Shown: positions 50,382 to 64,000 of the stretch, in pieces
Layout: every line of letters starts with the position of its first letter
Numbering within the stretch: position 1 is the stretch's first letter
From: Chlorobiota bacterium
Lineage (GTDB): Bacteria; Bacteroidota; Ignavibacteria; Kapaibacteriales; NICIL-2
Direction: 5' to 3'
Length of the DNA stretch: 64,000 nucleotides
Assembly: GCA_026416585.1 (NCBI GenBank)
Contig: JAOAEV010000008.1
Coordinates: 65,527-129,526, forward strand
The notes under the pieces: generated by a model
What the model was told of the DNA's origin: nothing
Database searches by the model: none
The model's input: the letters and a program-made list of their open reading frames with translations, nothing else
Program-made: the position numbers and the translations under genes

Positions 50382-51130
50382 CGTTTCAGTGGTAAGGGAA
50401 CATATGATACCCACTGTGCAAAATACTGCATCCAGTAGCGGCGACATACGATACCATCAAATGCAAGCAAAAGACCCCCGATTAGTGTGGCGACCTCAAT
50501 CCCACTACGCCATGCGATCACAGTGAAAAATGCAATGATCGCCACACCAACTATGTGTGAGGCTGCATGATTGGAGCCATACGGATTCAATGGTACAGCC
50601 GCAAGAAAACTGACACCCAACCAACCGATGAAATTCAACAGCGGCACTCCATAATAGATGCCGTTTTGTTCCCAAACCCACAACCGCATCGGTCCGATCG
50701 CGACAGGATCGATGAGCAAATCAAACATCGTCATGGCGAGCGCGATAATGACCCGTGCACGCCAAGCGTGTTGCGTGATTGTCATCGCCAGCGTCCATGC
50801 ATATGAAAGTAGTACCAGCCATGCTGCAACCATGACAATGGGGACCCCTGCAATCGCTGGTCCCAGCGTTTCGGTGTAGTGATAGCGCCCAAACGGAATA
50901 CCGATAGCTACCCCGACGATTTCACTGATGAGACCGATAGCCGCACCAAGAGCAAGCCGTGCTCCAAGCGGATGTTGATACACCACAATCACCGCCGCTG
51001 CAACCCAGAGAAACAGCATTTCTCCATAGCGTCGGAGTACGGCAAGGTCACTATCGGCAGCAGTGGTAAGACTACCGCCAATCAGAAGAACAGCAAATAG
51101 TGTAGCAAGTATTCTACGAATCCATTTCAT
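50378..51130 (-). CDS. cruF: carotenoid 1,2-hydratase CruF-family membrane protein (Pfam 'carotenoid biosynthesis protein')
   Basis: 250 aa with 6-7 TM helices, the GIPFGRYHYT and DLLIDPVA motifs that I recall as characteristic of the CruF/Caroten_synth family, and a location inside a crt cluster. Confidence 0.6.
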   Translation of the reverse strand: MKWIRRILATLFAVLLIGGSLTTAADSDLAVLRRYGEMLFLWVAAAVIVVYQHPLGARLALGAAIGLISEIVGVAIGIPFGRYHYTETLGPAIAGVPIVMVAAWLVLLSYAWTLAMTITQHAWRARVIIALAMTMFDLLIDPVAIGPMRLWVWEQNGIYYGVPLLNFIGWLGVSFLAAVPLNPYGSNHAASHIVGVAIIAFFTVIAWRSGIEVATLIGGLLLAFDGIVCRRYWMQYFAQWVSYVPLPLKR

Positions 51131-52589
51131 GTCGCTTGATCAGATCAAAAACCAACTTCGACGAAAGCACGACCATCGGCGTACCTCCACCTGGGTGTGT
51201 ACTGCCGCCAACATAGTAAAGCCCACGCACGTTCCGATCCCGCAGCGGATGTCGGAGAAATGCTGTTCGGTACGAGTGCGAAGCAAAGCCGTAGATGGAA
51301 CCTCCGGGCATTCCATATGTGCGTTCAAAGTGTTCTGGTGTCCACACCGAGCGGACAGCGATATCACTTTCGACAATGTGAATACCAGAGCGCTCCAATA
51401 CGCGCATCATCCGTTCCCAAAGCATCGGTATTGCGTGCTCCCACTGACGCCCCTCAACCGCAGGAGCATTTGCCATCACAAACAGTGTCTCGCCACTTGG
51501 CGGTGCAGTCGTTGAGTCGGTTTTACTGGTGACGTTGAGATAGACTGTTGGTTCGCTTGGGAACTCCATGCGGTCGAATAGTTCAACAAATTCGCGCCGA
51601 TAGTCCGTCGAAAATGCAATGGTGTGATGGAACACATCTGCAGGCAATTGCCGACGCAAGCCAATCAAGAACACGACGCCCGACATTGAGCGCTCAGGAA
51701 GTCGTGGTGGCGGCGGCATACCAAGTAACGTGTGTGCTCGTGTCGCATCACCGTTGAATGCTACAACGTCAGCTTCCACGACGTCCCCACTTGCAAGACA
51801 AACGCCACGAACTCGGCGGTTTCTCTCGATAATCGAGACGACATCTGCATTCGTTGCAATCATCACACCACGCTCGCGTAGCGCTCCAAGGATCGTCTCG
51901 ATAATGCGATAAAGTCCGCCGTCAACATACCAACCACCGTGGGCAAATTCAAGATATGGAATAACAAGAAGTGTTGCTGGCGAGCGATACGGTGATGAGC
52001 CGACAAAGGTCGGGTAGCGATTGAAAATCTGCCGGATGTACGAACTATGAATATGCCGTTCAACTGTGCGTGAGTAGTTTCCCCACGCATTGCGCAGCGG
52101 GAACCATCGGAGAGACCTCACAAGTGCTTGTAGCTGCCGCGATGTTGGCAATTCGAACGGGCTACTCTGAAAAAACGTACGTTGGGACAGCTCGAAGAGC
52201 TTTGCTGCTGTTGCCATCAAACGCCAGTAGCCACGACCACCGTCTGGTTCGAGTCGCTCCAACATCGAGGCAATTGCTGGGAGTTTGTCAGGATAGGTAA
52301 TGCGTTCGCCATCAGGAAAACGATACTGTGTCAGCGGCTGCAAACGCCGAAAACGTAAACTACCGGTGCCTACACCACACTCTTCGAACATCTGTCGGAA
52401 CACGTGCGGCAGCGTGATCAATGATGGTCCGGTATCAAAGCGGTAACCGTCTTGTGCGAGAATATTCATTTTTCCACCGGCCTGGTGACTGCGTTCGAGA
52501 ACAGTTACCTGCCACCCGGCGCTGACTGCTCGCAACGCAAGTGATAATCCGCCGAGTCCGGCACCAACGACGATCAATCGTTTTTTCAT
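51114..52589 (-). CDS. CrtI-family carotenoid desaturase/oxygenase (CrtD 3,4-desaturase- or CrtO ketolase-like)
   Basis: Start at MKKRLIVVGAGLGGLS (FAD Rossmann). Phytoene-desaturase family length and C-terminal motif (GGSTHPGGG). Subfamily assignment would need phylogeny. Confidence 0.75.
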   Translation of the reverse strand: MKKRLIVVGAGLGGLSLALRAVSAGWQVTVLERSHQAGGKMNILAQDGYRFDTGPSLITLPHVFRQMFEECGVGTGSLRFRRLQPLTQYRFPDGERITYPDKLPAIASMLERLEPDGGRGYWRLMATAAKLFELSQRTFFQSSPFELPTSRQLQALVRSLRWFPLRNAWGNYSRTVERHIHSSYIRQIFNRYPTFVGSSPYRSPATLLVIPYLEFAHGGWYVDGGLYRIIETILGALRERGVMIATNADVVSIIERNRRVRGVCLASGDVVEADVVAFNGDATRAHTLLGMPPPPRLPERSMSGVVFLIGLRRQLPADVFHHTIAFSTDYRREFVELFDRMEFPSEPTVYLNVTSKTDSTTAPPSGETLFVMANAPAVEGRQWEHAIPMLWERMMRVLERSGIHIVESDIAVRSVWTPEHFERTYGMPGGSIYGFASHSYRTAFLRHPLRDRNVRGLYYVGGSTHPGGGTPMVVLSSKLVFDLIKRHEMDS

Positions 52590-53701
52590 TCCATCACCTG
52601 CTTGGGTCGAATAACACGATAGCGACGATCTTTCCACTCGACGCCACGGCTACTACGCCACCACGACACCACCGCAAGAGCAAGCAGAACGACCTCCGCT
52701 ATGGGGTGCCATAGAATGCTCCAGAGCTTGTGACCAAATCGCAGTGCCAGTACCAGGCGCGATGCCCCAACCGCACACGCTGCAATCAACAACGGTAATG
52801 TCGGTGTGAAGAGAACCGCCATAAATGGTACTGTGAAGACTGCACCGTGAAGTGCAAGCACTACCGGGAAAAGCCACCGTCGCCGAAATCCTGGATAAAA
52901 GTTTTTCTGAAAGCCGCGCCAAATCTCCCCGAAAGTCTGATACATCCGCACATGTACAATCTCTTGCCCATCGCAACACAACGATTTCTCGCCGGATTGC
53001 CTCCAATGCCGCGCCAGAGCCGTGTCTTCGAAAAGCTCTGTACGAACAGCAGAGTGCCCGCCCAGACGGAAATATGTTTGCCGATCGCATAACATGCACG
53101 AGCCATGCGCTAATGCATAGCGCGGGTGATTCGACAGTTGTTGTAGGGGTGAAGGCAGGAGCGTCATTACGTAAAAATCTAACATCGGCATGAGCACACG
53201 CTCAACCGGGGACACCATCTCAATCTTGGGCCATGCCGATAGCAGTGTTGCGTTACATGCACGCGCAGTTGCGATCAACCGCTCGACACTACCGGGGTTT
53301 AGTTGTGCATCCGCATCGAGAAAGAGAAGCCACTGACTCTGTGCCGCTGATGCCAAGCGATAACATGCGTGTGGTTTACCGTACCATCCGTTGGGCAGCG
53401 GTACTGTCTCCAGCACACGAACACGTTGGTCTCGTTGACTCCACGTTTGGGCTACGTAGTGGGTCGTGTCAGTGGACTGGTCATCGTAGATAAGCACTTC
53501 TGCAACGACGTCACCGCAGGCAAGGACACTTTCGATACAACGGCCAAGCACCCCCTCTTCATTCCGCGCTGGAATAAGAACACTGATGTACGTGTCCAGT
53601 ACGCCCACTGGAGAACGTGTACGCAAGAATGCAATCGCATTGATCGTAGCCAGCACGAAAAATGACAATGCTACCACTGCGATAAACCACTCCCCCATCA
53701 C
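52586..53701 (-). CDS. family-2 glycosyltransferase, carotenoid glycosyltransferase CruC/CruG-like
   Basis: 371 aa. N-terminal TM helix, GT2 catalytic region (VLIPARNEE...DDQSTD...DADAQ), several C-terminal TM helices, embedded in the crt cluster. Confidence 0.65.
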   Translation of the reverse strand: MMGEWFIAVVALSFFVLATINAIAFLRTRSPVGVLDTYISVLIPARNEEGVLGRCIESVLACGDVVAEVLIYDDQSTDTTHYVAQTWSQRDQRVRVLETVPLPNGWYGKPHACYRLASAAQSQWLLFLDADAQLNPGSVERLIATARACNATLLSAWPKIEMVSPVERVLMPMLDFYVMTLLPSPLQQLSNHPRYALAHGSCMLCDRQTYFRLGGHSAVRTELFEDTALARHWRQSGEKSLCCDGQEIVHVRMYQTFGEIWRGFQKNFYPGFRRRWLFPVVLALHGAVFTVPFMAVLFTPTLPLLIAACAVGASRLVLALRFGHKLWSILWHPIAEVVLLALAVVSWWRSSRGVEWKDRRYRVIRPKQVME

Positions 53702-54429
53702 TCATCGAATATGATCGATGCAACTTTTTCGGGTGCTTCGTCCAACAGCAAGTGACCTGCGTTTTCGATGGGATGATCGCTCAAAGCACGCAGATAGCGT
53801 CGCCAGATCGGTATGGAGCGACGTACTGCCGCAAATGTTCGCTCTCCCCACACTATTGCAACGGGTTGAATGATCGAAGCATATCGCTGGGGTCCTGGCA
53901 ATTGTGCCAACGCTTTTAGATAGGCACGAGTCACTGCCGCCTGCTTATCAGCGAATGATGCCATCATGTCTGTATCGGCACGGCGCCGAGAACGCAGTGC
54001 TATGTTGACCAGCTTGCGACCAAGTGCTGTTTGGAATGTCATACGATATGCAATTGCTCCGACCGGTTCGCTAACGAAGAAGCGGAAATACCACGGCATG
54101 AACGCGAACAAGTCCAGCGCTATGATTCGGCGTATCCGCTGCGGTATGCGTAATGCCGTCTCCAGCGCAATGACAGCTCCACTGCACGAGCCAATCACAA
54201 TGACTGGCGCAGGAAGCGATTCGATCATGGTAGCAACCAATTCCGCAGTGCGATCGATCCGAAGTGGTTCGATAAGTGGTGTGGCACCATAGCCCGGTAA
54301 ATTTGCTGCGATAAGTCGCCAACGTGGAGGCAATAGTGGCACCAGCGGCGCGAACGTACGATGATCGCCACCCCATCCATGCAGCCCAACGATAATATGA
54401 TCTCCACTACCGTACTCGACTGTGTTCAT
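53698..54429 (-). CDS. alpha/beta-hydrolase fold protein inside carotenoid cluster
   Basis: Start chosen at MNTVEYGSGDHIIVGLHGWGGDH. The full-length ORF would overlap crtI by 358 bp. HGWGG oxyanion motif and the nucleophile elbow GSCSG. Confidence 0.6.
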   Translation of the reverse strand: MNTVEYGSGDHIIVGLHGWGGDHRTFAPLVPLLPPRWRLIAANLPGYGATPLIEPLRIDRTAELVATMIESLPAPVIVIGSCSGAVIALETALRIPQRIRRIIALDLFAFMPWYFRFFVSEPVGAIAYRMTFQTALGRKLVNIALRSRRRADTDMMASFADKQAAVTRAYLKALAQLPGPQRYASIIQPVAIVWGERTFAAVRRSIPIWRRYLRALSDHPIENAGHLLLDEAPEKVASIIFDE

Positions 54430-55885
54430 CGCTAACGATACGTTGTGCAACCATCGCGCCACTGAGCACAACCATTGGCAGCCCTGTTCCGGGTGTTGTG
54501 CTCGCGCCAGCATAGTAGAGCCGTGCAACTCTGCGATCTCGATTCGATGGGCGGAACGGCCCGATGTTCCAGAGGTTGTGAGCAAGCCCGAATGCCGAAC
54601 CATCATAAAGTCCAAAGCGCTGCCGCCACTCGTGTGGTGCCCAGACATGCTCGACAACAATATCTTGTGGCGAGATCGCGATGCCGTGCATATCAAGTCG
54701 CTGCAGAACTTCCTGGCGCGATCGCTCGATTGCAGCATCCCAATCGAACGCAGGACCAGCAGCACTCAAGGTCGGAGCAGGCACTAACACAAATACCGTA
54801 CTGCAACCTGCGGGAGCAACACTCGGATCACTTCGAGAGGGTACACAGATGTAAAATGGTAAATCGTCTGGCAATCGGCGGCGCAATTGTGCATACGCTG
54901 TGCGTGGATCGCTCGGCAGAAAAATGCAATGATGGTGTGCTGTGTCTATATTTCGCCGCACGCCCCAATAGAACGTGATGACACCTGGTGTCATGGTCCA
55001 CTGCTGTCGATGGGGTACAGCACCAACAATCATTGTCTGTGTTGTTGGTACATCGACGTTCGACACAACCGCATCAGCCGCGACAATAGTGCCATCCTCA
55101 AGTTCAACACTTCGTGCACGATTGGACTCAATGCGGATTGCACGAACCGGACTATTGCAGAATATTCGAACTCCAATTTCGACTGCACGGCGACGTATTG
55201 CTTCCACCAGAGCATAAATCCCCCCGCGCGGATACCACAGGCCATAGTAGAGCTCACCAAACGGCAAGATGCTGAACGTGCCCGGCAGCTTGTACGGAGA
55301 ACCACCTAAGTACATCGCGTACGAGCCCAGTGCTGCTCGCACTGATTCAGAGCGGAAAAAGCGTGCAAGCTCACGATCGAGTGACCGAAACATGCCCAGC
55401 CTCATCAATCCTTGCTTGGGAACCGGGGCTATCCACTTCCCAATAGTTTCCGCATTCGAGAGCACCAAATAATCGAACAAGAATCGAAAACGCTCTTGAT
55501 TTGCCGATAGAAACGCCGAGAGTTTTGCGTGTGCTGCATCGTCGAACTGCGATAACTGCTCGGCAAGATACTGGAAATCAGAACTCAGTTGTAACTGATT
55601 TCCATTCCGCCAGAAAAAGGTCACCGAAGGATCGAGCGGAAGTAGCTCTACATAGTCGTCCATGCAAGCGCCAGTTACTGCAAAAAGTTGTTCGAACACC
55701 CATGGATAGTTGATAAGCGATGGTCCTGTATCAAAACGAAATCCATTCGTTTCGATGCGATTTGCACGCCCACCGACAAGCGGATTTTGCTCGTACACTT
55801 CTACATCATACCCCATCGTGCACAGGTGAATTGCAGCACTCAACCCTCCTAAGCCAGCACCAATGATCACCACTCGCTGACTCAT
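54407..55885 (-). CDS. crtI: phytoene desaturase (CrtI family)
   Basis: Start at MSQRVVIIGAGLGGLSAA. CrtI-family motifs throughout, C-terminal GASTTPGTG, and a location immediately downstream of crtB. Confidence 0.8.
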   Translation of the reverse strand: MSQRVVIIGAGLGGLSAAIHLCTMGYDVEVYEQNPLVGGRANRIETNGFRFDTGPSLINYPWVFEQLFAVTGACMDDYVELLPLDPSVTFFWRNGNQLQLSSDFQYLAEQLSQFDDAAHAKLSAFLSANQERFRFLFDYLVLSNAETIGKWIAPVPKQGLMRLGMFRSLDRELARFFRSESVRAALGSYAMYLGGSPYKLPGTFSILPFGELYYGLWYPRGGIYALVEAIRRRAVEIGVRIFCNSPVRAIRIESNRARSVELEDGTIVAADAVVSNVDVPTTQTMIVGAVPHRQQWTMTPGVITFYWGVRRNIDTAHHHCIFLPSDPRTAYAQLRRRLPDDLPFYICVPSRSDPSVAPAGCSTVFVLVPAPTLSAAGPAFDWDAAIERSRQEVLQRLDMHGIAISPQDIVVEHVWAPHEWRQRFGLYDGSAFGLAHNLWNIGPFRPSNRDRRVARLYYAGASTTPGTGLPMVVLSGAMVAQRIVSDEHSRVR

Positions 55886-56922
55886 TTGCCATACTCCGGG
55901 GTTAGAAATGCAAGTGGAAGCACCCAATATTTTGACGTTGGCAGGCAAGCGAGTTTGCGATGCCAAGAAACGCTTGCGCGACGCTGTGGGTTACAAGCAC
56001 GTTCTAACATCGTTGTAAGCTCACCATACACCGCTATGCAGGACGAAATCGCAGGAATGCATGAAGGATCGAATGCATCAAGCAACCGCTCTGCATGATG
56101 GTAATGTCGCCACGCAGCTTCCGCGTAACGTCGGATAACGTATTCGGTTGCTTTAGGCTCAGTGCCGGCGATAAAATCTTCAACAGTTGTCCCAGCTTGA
56201 CGTAACAGTTCCTGTGGAACGTAACATCGGCGTCGGTGGTGATCTTCTCGTACATCGCGCAAAAAGTTAGTCAATTGCAGTGCAATTCCGAGTGCTCGAG
56301 CGGACTCTAATGCCTCTTCGATAGAGCGCCCGGGAGCAGCACCATAAACGTAGGTCAGGAAGTAACCAACAACGATCGCGCTGCCATAGATATACCGATC
56401 GATCAAGTCCTCAAAGATTTCAAATGGTTCTGGAGCAATATCAAATTCCATCGCATCAAGAAATGCATGATAGTACTCTGATGGAATTCCATGACGTCGT
56501 ACCAGCTCAGCAAAACCAGCAACAATAGGGTTACAGCCATTGTCGAGACTCTCCCGCAGTGATGGCCGCTGCAGCGCAATAACGTATTGCTCGCGCCATT
56601 GGCACAGAAGACGTCTTTTCTCGTCGGCAGCAAGTGGGAAACTATCTACAACTTCGTCAGGATAACGCACTGCAGCGTAGATGATTTCGACGTCGCGTCG
56701 TTTGTTGCGTGGCAAAAAGCGGGTGACGGTAAAAAAGCTCGTGCTATAGTGACGCAGAACACGCCATGATGCATCTGCAACGATACGGCGTGCATGCTCG
56801 TCGGTGGAAGCTTGACGTGCACGCTGTTCCACGTCAGCAAAAAAGCGAGTCCACTGATTGTACGACCAATGATTCATTCCGCGCTGCATTGAGCCACCTC
56901 GGCTATAAAACCGAGCAGGCAA
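55882..56922 (-). CDS. crtB: phytoene synthase
   Basis: Squalene/phytoene synthase family with Asp-rich motifs (YxxxRxPDExVD, DVREDhhrrRCYVP). The start could be one of the internal Mets at 56892 or 56880. Confidence 0.85.
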   Translation of the reverse strand: MPARFYSRGGSMQRGMNHWSYNQWTRFFADVEQRARQASTDEHARRIVADASWRVLRHYSTSFFTVTRFLPRNKRRDVEIIYAAVRYPDEVVDSFPLAADEKRRLLCQWREQYVIALQRPSLRESLDNGCNPIVAGFAELVRRHGIPSEYYHAFLDAMEFDIAPEPFEIFEDLIDRYIYGSAIVVGYFLTYVYGAAPGRSIEEALESARALGIALQLTNFLRDVREDHHRRRCYVPQELLRQAGTTVEDFIAGTEPKATEYVIRRYAEAAWRHYHHAERLLDAFDPSCIPAISSCIAVYGELTTMLERACNPQRRASVSWHRKLACLPTSKYWVLPLAFLTPEYGK

Positions 56923-56949
56923 ACGCAGGAAGAGCTGTGATAAGTTCCC

Positions 56950-62042
<5,093 letters not shown>

Positions 62043-62113
62043 TCAAAAACGATGACCAATACGAATTTACGCTCTCCTTCCAAGTAGTTTTGTAGCAGTA
62101 CCGATGCTTTCTC

Positions 62114-62617
62114 ATGCGCCCAATGCACGAAGCCACACTCATCATCTCCGATGCGACACTACCTAATGCGCAACGGATGCGCCACATCCTCGATGCTGCC
62201 GATTACTTTATACCGCATGGGAGTGATCGCATCGCTGCAATGGCAAACATTGCGAGCCTGCTGTATTACAGCTTGCCAGATGTGAATTGGTGCGGCTTCT
62301 ACCGTCGAATCGGTGATGTACTTGTGGTCGGTCCATTCCAAGGGAAACCGGCCTGCATCGAAATCCCCATAGGACGTGGTGTGTGTGGACATGCAGCTTT
62401 CAATAAGCGAACGCTTATTGTCCCTGATGTCGCACAATTTGTCAGCCATATCGCTTGCGACCCCGCCTCACGCTCGGAGATTGTCGTACCGTTGATTGAA
62501 AGCGAGTGTGTAGTCGCTGTTCTTGATCTCGATTCACCGATAACAGCGCGTTTCACCAAAACAGAAGCACTACTACTCGAGCGCATCGCAATGATGATCG
62601 TCGAACGAACCAAATAG
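62114..62617 (+). CDS. GAF-domain protein (free methionine-(R)-sulfoxide reductase-like)
   Basis: 167 aa. A single GAF domain with the conserved Cys triad region (WCGFYR...CIEIP...GVCG) typical of fRMsr/YebR. Confidence 0.7.
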   Translation: MRPMHEATLIISDATLPNAQRMRHILDAADYFIPHGSDRIAAMANIASLLYYSLPDVNWCGFYRRIGDVLVVGPFQGKPACIEIPIGRGVCGHAAFNKRTLIVPDVAQFVSHIACDPASRSEIVVPLIESECVVAVLDLDSPITARFTKTEALLLERIAMMIVERTK

Positions 62618-62623
62618 GATATA

Positions 62624-64000
62624 ATGGGACCACGCGCAGCAATCGGTCTTTTAGCAACTGTTGCACTGCCGGCGCAAGTGGTTATCAATGAGATGCAGCC
62701 GGTTCCCCCAACCGGCGAACCAGAGTGGGTCGAGTTGTACAATCCCGCCGATACCGATGCAGTGTTGACAAATATCTACCTCTACGACCGCACAGCACGT
62801 GCCTCGCTGGCAGGTGTAATTGTGCCTGCACGTGGATTTGCTGTGCTGACCCGCGATACAGACGACTTGAAGCTTCTTCGCCGAATACCGCCGATAGCTC
62901 GGCTATATCAAGTGTCGTTACCGACACTGAACAACACGACCGAGAGCCTATTCCTTGCCACGCGGGATACTGTCGTGCTCGACTCGGTGTATTACGACAT
63001 GCGCTGGGGTATTCGGGGGAGAACACTCGAACGCGTTGATCCGGCAAGACCTGGATACCTCCGCGATAACATCACTGCGTGTATTGCACCCGATTCGGCT
63101 ACCTGTGGCTATGACAACTCGGTAAGCATGGTCGAACGCGATGTTCAATTGCGGGGCGTGCGTGTTGATTCGCTTCTTACCGCACATATCGAAGCAGCCA
63201 ATCGTGGACGAACGCCGATGTCTGGTGTTACTGTCCGCTTACGTTATCGCCGACCACGCCAGGACGAATGGTTCCAGTTAGGGCAAATCATAGTAGAGTA
63301 TCTTCCCCCAGCAGCAACCTCTCAGGTTAGTATCGCTTTATCGGATTATTCCGCCATCACGTCCGCCGGTTATGGTAACTTTCAGCTACAAGCAATCGCT
63401 GATGTTGCCGATCAACGCAGCTGGAACGACACCGTCACAACACCATTTTTCATTCCATTCCCACGCGGCAGTATCGTTATCAACGAAATCATGTATGACC
63501 CTCTCGATGGGAGGAGCGAGTACGTCGAATTATCCAACACAACAGACGACACACTCGACGTTAGTGGACTTGTACTCGGAGATGCATTTCCACCGCAGGT
63601 AGTACTGCCCAGTGTACTGCTCCCTCCAAGTGGCTTAGCTGTCGTTGCGTTGGATACAGGTATCTGGGCAATATTTCCGGAGCTGAGAAGCGATCACCGC
63701 TGCATTATGTTGAAAACATCCTGGTCGCTGAATAATTCGGGTGATGCGCTCATTCTTGCCAATCCTAATCATAGTGTACTCGACTCGTTGCGTTATTATG
63801 CCTCGTGGCATTTCTGGGGAATCAAGGACACAAAAGGTCGTTCTCTCGAAAAGCTACGTCCGAATGCTCCCTCGAACGATGCTCGATCGTGGACAACTTC
63901 GACTGATCCGCGCGGTGGCACCCCAGGCACTGCCAATAGCATTCTTCCGAGAGACACTGCACAGGTAGTGATATCAGCAACGCCAAATCCCTTCTCCCCA
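62624..64000 (+). CDS. secreted lamin-tail-domain (LTD) repeat protein, 3'-truncated by window edge
   Basis: The ORF runs to the window end with no stop. Signal peptide, then two LTD-like repeats, each beginning VVINE(M/I).....EWVEL(Y/S)N and containing the WxLxNxGDxL motif. Confidence 0.65.
   Translation, partial: MGPRAAIGLLATVALPAQVVINEMQPVPPTGEPEWVELYNPADTDAVLTNIYLYDRTARASLAGVIVPARGFAVLTRDTDDLKLLRRIPPIARLYQVSLPTLNNTTESLFLATRDTVVLDSVYYDMRWGIRGRTLERVDPARPGYLRDNITACIAPDSATCGYDNSVSMVERDVQLRGVRVDSLLTAHIEAANRGRTPMSGVTVRLRYRRPRQDEWFQLGQIIVEYLPPAATSQVSIALSDYSAITSAGYGNFQLQAIADVADQRSWNDTVTTPFFIPFPRGSIVINEIMYDPLDGRSEYVELSNTTDDTLDVSGLVLGDAFPPQVVLPSVLLPPSGLAVVALDTGIWAIFPELRSDHRCIMLKTSWSLNNSGDALILANPNHSVLDSLRYYASWHFWGIKDTKGRSLEKLRPNAPSNDARSWTTSTDPRGGTPGTANSILPRDTAQVVISATPNPFSP

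Noticed and set aside
54430-54765. Long N-terminal extension of the alpha/beta-hydrolase that would overlap crtI by 358 bp
   Set aside because: The extension is Ser/Gly/His-rich with no hydrolase-fold elements. The canonical fold begins at MNTVEYGSGDHIIVGLHGWGG. A small residual overlap with crtI remains and is flagged in the findings.

Overview
This is a gene-dense window from a compact bacterial genome, about 55% GC by eye, with no mobile elements, CRISPR arrays or rRNA. Several markers point to the Bacteroidetes/Chlorobi/Rhodothermaeota-type (FCB) lineage. Most of the window is core metabolism and information processing. It holds a 5'-truncated relA/spoT gene, gmhB, ruvB, a sdh/frd CAB operon, two APC permeases, topA, fur, ftsB-like, ridA, pepA, priA, one tRNA-Ser(TGA), ald and an ECF sigma/anti-sigma pair. 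It also holds radA, an F-type ATP synthase operon (atpZ-I-B-E-F-H-A-[hldD]-G, with no atpD/atpC), a LOG-family gene, an NhaP-type antiporter, a UDP-xylose-synthase-like gene, rpsP, ffh, metB/metC-like, tsaB, purB, a GH57 gene, pepN, ligA, a GAF gene and a 3'-truncated lamin-tail-domain protein. The standout region is a tightly coupled minus-strand run from about 46.7 kb to 62.0 kb. A carotenoid-glycoside biosynthesis cluster (crtB, crtI, an alpha/beta-hydrolase, a CruC/CruG-like GT2, a second CrtI-family enzyme and cruF) is fused into one operon-like array with ligA, a 1007-aa double amidohydrolase, pepN and a GH57 gene. I found no clear defense or other novel multi-gene system. The most unusual items are the alpha/beta-hydrolase inside the carotenoid cluster, the hldD gene inserted into the atp operon, and the 21-gene tightly packed co-directional block.
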